From contig JAWXCN010000109.1 of NCBI GenBank assembly GCA_034408725.1, positions 1 to 18,949 of the forward strand: 18,949 nucleotides of DNA, in the 5' to 3' direction. Of this stretch, positions 7,263 through 15,573 are shown piece by piece. The position numbers and the translations under genes were made by a program. How positions within the stretch are numbered: position 1 is the first letter of the stretch; each line of letters opens with the position of its first letter. Source of the DNA: Candidatus Hydrogenedentota bacterium. Its GTDB lineage: Bacteria > Hydrogenedentota > Hydrogenedentia > Hydrogenedentales > SLHB01. The notes under the pieces were generated by a model. That model did not search any database. It saw nothing but the letters and a program-made list of their open reading frames with translations, and was not told where the DNA came from.

Positions 7263-8609
7263 TCAATTCGACGATCTCGTTTCTTCCGATGCCGCGGAAA
7301 AAGGTGCCGCGGTTGGCGCGACCAGGGTGAATCGAAAACCTTGGTCTGGAGCACTATCCAATTCGCTATAACCTCCCAGTAAGTGTAGACGCTCTTGCGT
7401 CGTAAATAGACCGAGCCCTCCCGTCTGATCAGTGGGTTTCAACGCAGGCGTGGTGGAAACGTCAAAGCCGATACCCTCATCTGAAACCATTATTCTAATT
7501 TCATTGCCGTGTTGGCCCACGTCAATTTTTGCGGTGTCTACGCCGGAATGCTTGACGACATTGAAGAGCAGTTCGCGAACACTTTGGAAAAGCAGAATGG
7601 TCAAGTCCTCACGGTACATTGAAATTTGCCCGTTTACGGAGAGTGACACGTCGAGTTTGTGTTTTTCCTTCATCCAGCGGCAAAGCCACTCCAATGCCGG
7701 AATGAGACCTCCTTTACGGAGTATCGGAGGGCTAATCTCGCCCGTAAGGGTCCGTGATATACCGATGCATTCGGAAATCAGACCTCGTACTTCTTCCGCC
7801 AACTCCGCTATCGGTTCGCCGGAGGCGCCCCTGAGCATTTCCGCGCGAAGTTTCGCGGCAACCAGCAATTGTTGCAAAGTATCGTGAAGCGTCAGCGCCA
7901 ACTTCTCGCGCTCCCGCTGCTCCGCCAGTGTAAGCTCTCCCGCAAGGCGTTGAACCTGTATCGTGCGCTCGCGCAGCCGGTTTTCCAGTTGCTCGCGATT
8001 CCGAATTTCTTCTTTTAACCGGTCAACCGTCTTGCTCAGCTCAATGGTGCGTTCGGTAACCCTGCCTTCCAGCGTGCTGTTGACGCGATGTAGCGCATCT
8101 TCGGCCTGCTTGCGCGCGGTGATGTCCGTAAAACACCACACCCGCCCGACGTTCTGGCCATTGACGTATTGGATTCGCGAGTATCGTTCTATGGTTCTTC
8201 CGTCCGTGAGTTCCATCAAATCATAGGTTTCTTCCGGCAAGGTTGCATGAATGGAATTCAGTTTGACTTTGTGATGTTCCGGCAACCCCAGCCGTTCGGT
8301 AATGGATTCCAGCAGCGCTGTATGCGAGATTGATTCCAATTCCTCTGCGCGGAATCCCCACATTTGAATGTAATTCTGGTTGTAACCCGTGACCTTCCAG
8401 TCCCGATTCGTCACCAGAATCGCATCCGTCGTAGACTCAAGCGTTGCGCGCACCATGGCGAGCGAATGATCCAATTCCTTCGTCTTTCGCTCGAGTTCAA
8501 CATTCGCCTGAAGGAGGTCCTCTTCCGCGCGCAGCCGCGCCTGAAGGATGCTGTTGGCGTTCTGCAATGCCGCGGAACGAAGAAGTTTCTCTTCATCTTC
8601 GATATTCAT
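7263..8609 (-). CDS. Cytoplasmic PAS-domain sensor histidine kinase (HisKA_3/NarX-like + HATPase_c)
   Basis: PAS/PAC (ATLESTTDAILV...GRVWCFTDITARKQAE), coiled coil, H-box EREKLALTLHDTLQQLL (His at 7884-7886), N-box ELLFNVVKHSG, G1 DEGIGFD, G2 GGLGL. No transmembrane segment. Confidence 0.92.
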   Translation of the reverse strand: MNIEDEEKLLRSAALQNANSILQARLRAEEDLLQANVELERKTKELDHSLAMVRATLESTTDAILVTNRDWKVTGYNQNYIQMWGFRAEELESISHTALLESITERLGLPEHHKVKLNSIHATLPEETYDLMELTDGRTIERYSRIQYVNGQNVGRVWCFTDITARKQAEDALHRVNSTLEGRVTERTIELSKTVDRLKEEIRNREQLENRLRERTIQVQRLAGELTLAEQREREKLALTLHDTLQQLLVAAKLRAEMLRGASGEPIAELAEEVRGLISECIGISRTLTGEISPPILRKGGLIPALEWLCRWMKEKHKLDVSLSVNGQISMYREDLTILLFQSVRELLFNVVKHSGVDTAKIDVGQHGNEIRIMVSDEGIGFDVSTTPALKPTDQTGGLGLFTTQERLHLLGGYSELDSAPDQGFRFTLVAPTAAPFSAASEETRSSN

Positions 8610-9671
8610 TCACGCGACTCCAAGCGCTTCTGACGCAAGCTCCGTACCGCGGACGCGCGCTCGAATTTTGCCAAAAGCAGTCTCTCGCGTGGTCGATGTA
8701 TCGTCGCAAAACGGAGAAAATCCGCAATCGTCGGTGGTGCCCAACTGATTGACCGGGATAAATTCTGCCGCTTCTAATGTCCTGTCCCGGATTTCCTCGG
8801 CCGTTTCCATCCTCGGATCAATTGGCGAGACCACCCCGACGTACACGCGTTGATACGGCTTTAGGTAGTCGCGAATAATCTTGAGGACGTGCCGCCGATC
8901 TTTCTCGCCCGCGAGGGCGACGTAAAAATTACCGACTTTCAACGCGAACAGACTCGGCAGGAGTTCGGAATAGTCCACTTCCGCGCTATGCGTAGAGTCG
9001 CGATCCCCGCCGGGGCACGTATGAACCCCGATGCGCTGGCGTTCCTGGTCAGAAAATTGCCCGAGGGCGAGATTGTTCAGGTCGATAAAACTATTCAGCA
9101 GCCGGCCCGACGGATCCAGTTTCACCGCCAAACGGCCTTCAGTAAAGTCGATCTGCACTTTGTGCGCGCCTTTATCAAGGCACCTCCTGATTTCCCCCAC
9201 ATGTTCGCCGAGTAAATCCTGAATGAATGCTTCACGCGGATACCCCGGGATTTCATGAGCCGGGTACATCAAACTTAAGGCTGAGGGAGAAATTACGGCC
9301 TGCTTCACGGGAACGCTGGCATACCGAAACGCAACGTCAAGATAACTGTCCGCATAGTTCTTGTACTGGAATGGGCCGGCGGTAAGCTGAGGCATTCGCC
9401 GGACGTGGCCGGCCGCGAATGGAATCTGGAATCCGTCCGGAGTGGTATTTGGCAGCCCTTCCACGCTATATGTCCAAAAATTGTGGTATTTTCGTTGTTC
9501 ACCGTCGGTGATCACGGGTGATCCCGTCGCTTCGAACTGCCCGATTGTGTCCCGAATCGCATCCTCAAACATGCTGTCGAGGTGCGCACCGACCCCGCCG
9601 CTCTCTTCGAGTGCGCGGATCAGCGCGAGGGGCCTTGGAATGCTTCCGATAGGTTCAGTTGGGATAGGCAT
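8610..9671 (-). CDS. Cobalamin-independent methionine synthase II (Meth_synt_2)-like single-barrel Zn-thiol protein
   Basis: Motifs PIGSIPRP, ITDGEQRK, VQIDF, Zn ligands GVHTCPG (9015-9023) and TTDDCGFSP (Cys 8724-8726), METAEEIRDR. About half the length of MetE and lacks the folate-binding barrel. Start is ATG 9671 or GTG 9686. Confidence 0.85.
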   Translation of the reverse strand: MPIPTEPIGSIPRPLALIRALEESGGVGAHLDSMFEDAIRDTIGQFEATGSPVITDGEQRKYHNFWTYSVEGLPNTTPDGFQIPFAAGHVRRMPQLTAGPFQYKNYADSYLDVAFRYASVPVKQAVISPSALSLMYPAHEIPGYPREAFIQDLLGEHVGEIRRCLDKGAHKVQIDFTEGRLAVKLDPSGRLLNSFIDLNNLALGQFSDQERQRIGVHTCPGGDRDSTHSAEVDYSELLPSLFALKVGNFYVALAGEKDRRHVLKIIRDYLKPYQRVYVGVVSPIDPRMETAEEIRDRTLEAAEFIPVNQLGTTDDCGFSPFCDDTSTTRETAFGKIRARVRGTELASEALGVA

Positions 9672-9942
9672 GGGAACGGAACTCACCTCTCACTAATCGC
9701 TCAACAAGCTACAACTAAAGAATATTGCCGGCGAAAAGGTGTAAAGCGCGCAGGATTTTGCAAGTGGAAAATTGATTGTGCCTAGCGAATCTTGCTGAAA
9801 TCAATCCCTCGCCGTTCCTACCTGTAAATACTCCGAATAGGCGCCGTACTCAGCCCAGCACTCCGTGAGAGTTCCACATTAAAGGCGGAATAAAACGTTC
9901 GATGGATGTCTTATATCATCATTCCATCTTAAGGAGTTTGCG

Positions 9943-12129
9943 ATGAAGAAGCTGCGCGGGAAGAAGATTGGGGTCAAGGCTGTCCCTGAAAGTGCGAAAA
10001 TCAAAGAACTTGAGGCCGACAAAGAGCTTGGTGACGGGCAGATATTGACTACAAACCATGGAGTGGGCATCAGCGATAACCAAAACTCCCTGAAGGCGCA
10101 TGAACGCGGTAGCACGCTGATGGAAGATTTTATCCTTCGGGAAAAGATCACCCATTTTGATCACGAGCGCATTCCAGAGCGAATCGTTCATGCTCGCGGG
10201 TCAGCCGCGCATGGATTTTTTCAGGTCTACGAATCCATGCAGAAATACACAAAGGCAAACTTTCTTCAGGACCCTTCCGTGAAGACACCTGTTTTTGTCC
10301 GGTTTTCGACCGTTGCTGGCTCCCGAGGCTCGACCGACCTCGCGCGCGACGTCCGGGGTTTTTCCGTGAAGTTTTACACCGCCGAAGGGAATTACGATTT
10401 CGTGGGAAATAACGTTCCGGTCTTTTTCATCCAGGATGCCATGAAATTTCCTGACTTCGTACATGCAGTGAAGCCTGAACCTCACAATGAAATGCCGCAG
10501 GCAGCGTCGGCCCATGACACTTTTTGGGATTTCATTTCCCTGGTTCCAGAATCCATGCACATGATTATGTGGGTCATGTCAGACCGTGCCATCCCGCGAA
10601 GCTACCGGATGATGGAAGGATTCGGCGTGCACACCTTCCGGTTAATTAACCAAAAAGGTAGTTCTCATTTCGTAAAATTCCATTGGAAGCCGTTGCTGGG
10701 TGTCCACTCTGTTCTATGGGACGAGGCGCTTAAGATTTCGGGTAAAGATCCTGACTTTCACCGGCGTGACTTGTGGGAAGCCATCGAGAATGGCGATTTT
10801 CCGGAATGGGAATTGGGCGTACAGATCGTGCGCGAGGAAGACGAGCATAAGTTTGAGTTCGACTTGCTCGACCCGACCAAAATCATTCCGGAAGAAGTAG
10901 TTCCTGTAAAGCGGATCGGGAAGATGACCCTCAATCGCAATCCCGACAATTTCTTCGCGGAAACGGAGCAGGTAGCTTTTCATCCGGGTCATTTAGTGCC
11001 GGGAATCGACTTTACGAACGATCCGCTGCTGCAAGGCAGGCTGTTTTCCTATACCGACACCCAACTGTCCCGGCTAGGCAGTCCTAACTTCCACGAAATC
11101 CCGATTAACCGGCCGGTATGCCCCGTTCACAACAATCAGCGCGACGGTCACATGCGCCAAACAATCAACCGAGGGCGCGTAAGCTACGAACCCAACACAC
11201 TGGGCGGTGGATGTCCCATGCAGTTGAGCGCGGAAAACGGGGGGTTTTCGAGCTTCCCCGAAAGAGTTGACGGTTCCAAAGTTCGTGACAGAAGCCGAAG
11301 TTTCTTTGACCATTTCAGCCAGGCCGCTCTATTTTATGACAGCCAGTCAGAACCCGAACAGATGCATATTATGAAGGCGCTTCGCTTTGAATTGGGTAAA
11401 GTTGAAACGCAATCCATTCAGGAGCGCATGTTGTTCCTGCTCTCCCGAATCGACAAAAGGCTTGCGGATGACGTCGGCGCCGGAATCGGAGTAAAAGTTC
11501 CTTCAAGCATTGCCGAGCCTCTTAATCAGAGTGTTCCCGCGGACATTCCTGTGAAGGATTACCAACCCTTACCAATACGGAAATCCAACCAAAAATCCGC
11601 GGCGCTAAGTATGGCGAATACAATCTTTAGCGCGAAGACACGCAAAATTGCTGTCCTCGTTGCTGATGGATTCGATGATGTCTCGCTGTCGGCAATGGTT
11701 AAAGCCCTCAAGTCAGAAGGCATTCAAACGAAGATTGTCGCTCCGCACGGCGGCTTCATTGAAGGCATGCGTGGCGGCAAAATCAGAGTGGATTTCAGCT
11801 TTGCAACGATTGGCTCAGTACTTTTTGACGGCGCCTGCATTCCCGGTGGTCAGAAAAGTGTTAAGACGCTTCTTAAATTACCGGAAGCGGTCCTGTTCGT
11901 GAACGAAACATATAAGCATTGCAAGGCCGTTGCCGCATTGGGTGATGGAGCGGAAATTATTCAAGGGGTGCCATGGGGAATCGGAAAGGACTTCGAAGGC
12001 AAAGACAAGGAAGACGGTGTCGTAATCAGCCGGAAAGGCAATGTGAAAACCGTGGCAAGCGGTTTCGTTGCTGCAATCGCGAAACACCGTCACTGGAAAA
12101 GAGAAGCGACCGATAACATTCCCGTGTAA
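9943..12129 (+). CDS. katE: Large-subunit monofunctional heme catalase HPII
   Basis: Distal His motif [32 protein letters not shown], proximal Tyr motif [12 protein letters not shown]-terminal DJ-1/GATase-like domain ([10 protein letters not shown]...YKHCKAV). SD AAGGAG at 9931-9936. Confidence 0.97.
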   Translation: MKKLRGKKIGVKAVPESAKIKELEADKELGDGQILTTNHGVGISDNQNSLKAHERGSTLMEDFILREKITHFDHERIPERIVHARGSAAHGFFQVYESMQKYTKANFLQDPSVKTPVFVRFSTVAGSRGSTDLARDVRGFSVKFYTAEGNYDFVGNNVPVFFIQDAMKFPDFVHAVKPEPHNEMPQAASAHDTFWDFISLVPESMHMIMWVMSDRAIPRSYRMMEGFGVHTFRLINQKGSSHFVKFHWKPLLGVHSVLWDEALKISGKDPDFHRRDLWEAIENGDFPEWELGVQIVREEDEHKFEFDLLDPTKIIPEEVVPVKRIGKMTLNRNPDNFFAETEQVAFHPGHLVPGIDFTNDPLLQGRLFSYTDTQLSRLGSPNFHEIPINRPVCPVHNNQRDGHMRQTINRGRVSYEPNTLGGGCPMQLSAENGGFSSFPERVDGSKVRDRSRSFFDHFSQAALFYDSQSEPEQMHIMKALRFELGKVETQSIQERMLFLLSRIDKRLADDVGAGIGVKVPSSIAEPLNQSVPADIPVKDYQPLPIRKSNQKSAALSMANTIFSAKTRKIAVLVADGFDDVSLSAMVKALKSEGIQTKIVAPHGGFIEGMRGGKIRVDFSFATIGSVLFDGACIPGGQKSVKTLLKLPEAVLFVNETYKHCKAVAALGDGAEIIQGVPWGIGKDFEGKDKEDGVVISRKGNVKTVASGFVAAIAKHRHWKREATDNIPV

Positions 12130-12446
12130 GCGAAAGCGTCCATGCTATTTCGCGCAATGATATTGGCTTGTAACCGGAATAGTTGTGTCACGCGGTATCT
12201 CGGATTATAGTTGACAAATCCAAGGTTAGTGAGTTTACCAGTTGCTTCTTCGCCTTCGTTTCCAACCCTTCGGCGCCCGGTCATACAGCGAACCGGCGCC
12301 AATCCATCTCAAAAGTCATCAATTCATCCGACTATTACGCGAACGTGCCCGGCCCGGGATAAAGGCCTATGTTGCAGGATGCGCCTGAGTCGGTTAGATT
12401 GATGGGTGGCTGGGCCTTAGACTGGCCCACGAGGTTATTGACACAC

Positions 12447-15400
12447 ATGACACTCAGAGTGCGTTTGATCGCCGGCCTTTTGACCGGGTTTGGTTTTGGC
12501 CAGGCTTCGGCTGACGACCCAATTTCTTATGACCGGCAAATCCGCCCCATCCTCAGCAAGAATTGTTTTGCGTGTCATGGGCCAGACGCGGAAGCACGCA
12601 AGGCGGACCTGCGGCTGGATGTACACGGCGCGGCTATTTCGGTTCATGACGGTCATGCCGCGATTGTTCCAGGAAAGCCGGATGAGAGCGATCTGGTCCA
12701 CCGGATAACAAGCGCCGATCCGGAAAATCGAATGCCACCGCCGGAATCCGAGAAGACCCTTTCGGAAGAGGAAATAACACTTGTCCGGGAATGGATTCTC
12801 CAGGGCGCCGAGTGGTCCAGCCATTGGGCATTTACGCCACCCCAACGCCCCGCAAAACCCCAAACACTGGGAACCGATTGGGCGAGAAATCCCATCGACG
12901 CATTTGTATTGAGCCGCCTCGAGAAAGAGGGCCTTCAGCCGTCCCTTCCGGCGGACCGCGAGACGCTGCTGCGGCGCGTGAGCCTGGACCTGACGGGGCT
13001 GTTGCCACCGCTGGAAGTAGTGGACGCTGTGCTTGCCGACCCCAGCGATCACTGGTATGAAAATCTCATCGACCGATTGCTTGCATCGCCGCACTATGGG
13101 GAACGGTGGGCGCGACATTGGATGGATGCCGCGCAGTATGCGGACTCGGATGGGTTCGAGAAAGATAAACCGCGCCAGGTGTGGGCATGGCGCGATTGGG
13201 TCATCAAAGCGTTCAACGAGGACCTGCCGTTTGATCAATTCATCGTCGAGCAGGTGGCCGGTGATATGCTGCCGGACGCGACGCAGGACCAGATTGTGGC
13301 GACCGGGTTCCTGCGCAACAGCATGATTAATGAAGAGGGTGGCATCGATCCCGAACAATTCCGGATGGAGGCATTGTTCAATCGCATGGAGATCGTCGGA
13401 CGCGCCGTATTGGGCGTGACCGTGCAATGCGCCCAATGTCACACGCACAAGTACGATCCCATAACCCATACCGATTACTTCCGGATGCTCGCGTTTCTCA
13501 ACAATTCGGCCGAGGCCTGCGACACGGTATATTCCCAGACCGAACAGGAACAACGCGCAAAAGTTGTCGCGCTAATTGATGAAATCGAAGCAGACGTTAA
13601 GAAGTCAGACCCGGATTGGCGCGAAGAAATGGCTGCATGGGAAGCCATAGCCCGGACTAGTACCGAGCCAGCATGGAAAACGGTGTCGCTCACGTTCGAC
13701 GATTCGTCGGTAGGCGGCCAAAAACACCTTCCGCGGGAAGACGGCTCGTATGTCGCGCAGGGATATGCGCCGACCCAGTTTCATCCGAAGATGACGGGCA
13801 AGACCGACCTTCAAAAAGTCACCGCGGTGCGGCTTGATTTGTTGTCCGATGCGAACCTTCCACGTGGCGGTCCCGGCCGGTCTATTTACGGCGCGTGCGC
13901 ACTTTCCGAATTCGAGATGCGGGTCGCGCCGGAAGGCACGTCCATCGCCGAGTATGACAAATGGACGCCGGTAAAGATCGCGTCCGCGATTGCCGACGTC
14001 AACCCGCGCGAGCGTACGCTGGGTTCGGAGTTTCCACTCAAGGAAGAACGCAAACGGGTGACCGGTTCGATTGAAATGGCGATTGACGGCAAGCACGAGA
14101 CGGCATGGACAACAGACATTGATCCCGCGCGCCGCAACCAGGCGCGCTACGCAATTTTCCGGCTCGCGGAACCCCTGACGATCGAACCGGGCACGGTGAT
14201 TGCCTTCCGGCTGTCGCAACTGCATGGCGGTTGGAACAGCGACGACAACCAGAACAATAATCTTGGCCGGTTCCGCATTTCGTTGACGGACGCCGACGCG
14301 CTTCCCGAAGTGGCAATTCCCGCGCCGGTCCGCGCGGCGTTGGCCCTTGACCAAGCGGCAAGAACAGAGCCTGACAACCGCACTCTGTTTTCTTACTGGC
14401 GCACAACGGAGCAATCGCTGGAAGAAGTGAGCGCGCGCATCGACGCGTTATGGCAAGCCGTTCCATCCGGCGCCACGCAACTTGTGCTGCACGAGCGCGA
14501 AACACCGCGCACAACGCATCGTCTTGACCGCGGTGATTTTCTGCATCCGGCGGAAGAAGTCCAGCCGGGAGTGCCCGCGTTCCTCAATCCACTCGTTGCG
14601 GAGGGAACACCTGACCGGCTCGATTTCGCGCGGTGGCTGGTGTCACGCGAATCGCCCACAACGGCGCGCGCATACGTGAACCGCGTGTGGCAACACTATT
14701 TCGGCGAAGGGCTGACAGCCACGACGTCGGATTTGGGAACACAGGGCGAACCGCCCAGCCATCCAGATTTGCTCGATTGGCTTTCCGTCGAGTTCATGGA
14801 TTCAGGCTGGAGCATCAAGCAACTGCACCGGCTCATTCTCACTTCGGCCACGTACAAACAGGCTTCGACGATTTCCGCCGATCTCTTGGAACGCGATCCT
14901 TACAACCGGATGCTTGCCAGGGCCACGCGCTATCGCGTGGAAGGCGAGACCGTGCGCGACATTGCGCTTGCGGCCAGCGGATTGCTGAACACCACCGTGG
15001 GTGGACCCAGCGTTTACCCGCCAGCGCCCGAATTTTTATTTCAGCCGCCGGCCAGTTATGGTCCCAAGATTTGGGCAACAGATCACGGCGCGAACCAATA
15101 CCGCCGTGGCCTATACACCTTCCGCTTTCGAAGCGTGCCGTATCCCGCCTTGCAAGCATTTGACGCGCCAGCGGGTGACGCGCCGTGTACGCGGCGGGTG
15201 CGCAGCAACACGCCGATCCAGGCGCTCACGCTGCTGAATGAACCCTTATTTTTTGATTGCGCGCGCGGCCTTGCCGAGACCGTGCTCGACGAGGGCGGGC
15301 AAACTGACCGGTCCCGCATCGAGTATGCGTTCCGCCGTTGCGCGACGCGCCGGCCCGTGGAAAGCGAAGTGGCCGTGTTGGAACAGTTCCTTGCGAAACA

Positions 15401-15548
15401 GCGTGCGCGGATCGCCGCCGGCGAACTTTCGCCCGATGCAATTCTTGGCGCCGAATCGGGTGGCGCGCGGGATCGCGGCGAGCTGGTCGCGTGGACGCTC
15501 GTTGCGCGGACACTCTTGAATCTGGACGAAACCATATCGCGGCAGTAA
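12447..15548 (+). CDS. Planctomycete cytochrome c (PSCyt1) + DUF1549 (PSCyt2) + DUF1553 (PSD1) domain protein, exported
   Basis: Signal peptide MTLRVRLIAGLL...ASA from ATG 12447 (GAGG upstream). Motifs IRPILSKNCFACHG (CxxCH 12564-12578), HWAF, NPIDAF, SPHYGERWARHW, QCAQCHTHKYDP (CxxCH 13428-13442), VNRVWQHYFG, PSHPDLLDWL, NTPIQALTLLN, LLNLDETI. Confidence 0.92.
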   Translation: MTLRVRLIAGLLTGFGFGQASADDPISYDRQIRPILSKNCFACHGPDAEARKADLRLDVHGAAISVHDGHAAIVPGKPDESDLVHRITSADPENRMPPPESEKTLSEEEITLVREWILQGAEWSSHWAFTPPQRPAKPQTLGTDWARNPIDAFVLSRLEKEGLQPSLPADRETLLRRVSLDLTGLLPPLEVVDAVLADPSDHWYENLIDRLLASPHYGERWARHWMDAAQYADSDGFEKDKPRQVWAWRDWVIKAFNEDLPFDQFIVEQVAGDMLPDATQDQIVATGFLRNSMINEEGGIDPEQFRMEALFNRMEIVGRAVLGVTVQCAQCHTHKYDPITHTDYFRMLAFLNNSAEACDTVYSQTEQEQRAKVVALIDEIEADVKKSDPDWREEMAAWEAIARTSTEPAWKTVSLTFDDSSVGGQKHLPREDGSYVAQGYAPTQFHPKMTGKTDLQKVTAVRLDLLSDANLPRGGPGRSIYGACALSEFEMRVAPEGTSIAEYDKWTPVKIASAIADVNPRERTLGSEFPLKEERKRVTGSIEMAIDGKHETAWTTDIDPARRNQARYAIFRLAEPLTIEPGTVIAFRLSQLHGGWNSDDNQNNNLGRFRISLTDADALPEVAIPAPVRAALALDQAARTEPDNRTLFSYWRTTEQSLEEVSARIDALWQAVPSGATQLVLHERETPRTTHRLDRGDFLHPAEEVQPGVPAFLNPLVAEGTPDRLDFARWLVSRESPTTARAYVNRVWQHYFGEGLTATTSDLGTQGEPPSHPDLLDWLSVEFMDSGWSIKQLHRLILTSATYKQASTISADLLERDPYNRMLARATRYRVEGETVRDIALAASGLLNTTVGGPSVYPPAPEFLFQPPASYGPKIWATDHGANQYRRGLYTFRFRSVPYPALQAFDAPAGDAPCTRRVRSNTPIQALTLLNEPLFFDCARGLAETVLDEGGQTDRSRIEYAFRRCATRRPVESEVAVLEQFLAKQRARIAAGELSPDAILGAESGGARDRGELVAWTLVARTLLNLDETISRQ

Positions 15549-15573
15549 GTGCCCACAAGGAGTTTTTTGCGCC

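Noticed and set aside
8610-9671. Calling this gene metE
   Set aside because: It has only one barrel, no folate-binding domain, divergent active-site motifs and no methionine-pathway context, so the symbol is withheld.
9772-9804. TTGATT...AATCAA as an FNR/CRP-family site
   Set aside because: The half-sites are 21 nt apart rather than the 4-nt spacing of TTGAT-N4-ATCAA.
6463-12359. Possible islet boundary repeats: direct GCCCGGGA (6463-6470 and 12352-12359) and inverted ATAATCCGA (6473-6481 and 12200-12208)
   Set aside because: Only 8-9 bp, they do not extend, are plausible by chance, and no recombinase or tRNA is nearby.
12369-12446. ORF-track start at 12369 for the DUF1553 gene
   Set aside because: The signal peptide and an SD-like GAGG fit ATG 12447. 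The extra 26 codons would bury the signal peptide.
12435-14414. Long antisense ORFs (12435..13553, 372 aa; 13605..14414, 269 aa) and many similar overlapping ORFs across the window
   Set aside because: They lie opposite or within well-supported genes, show no recognisable motifs, and are expected shadows in GC-rich coding DNA.
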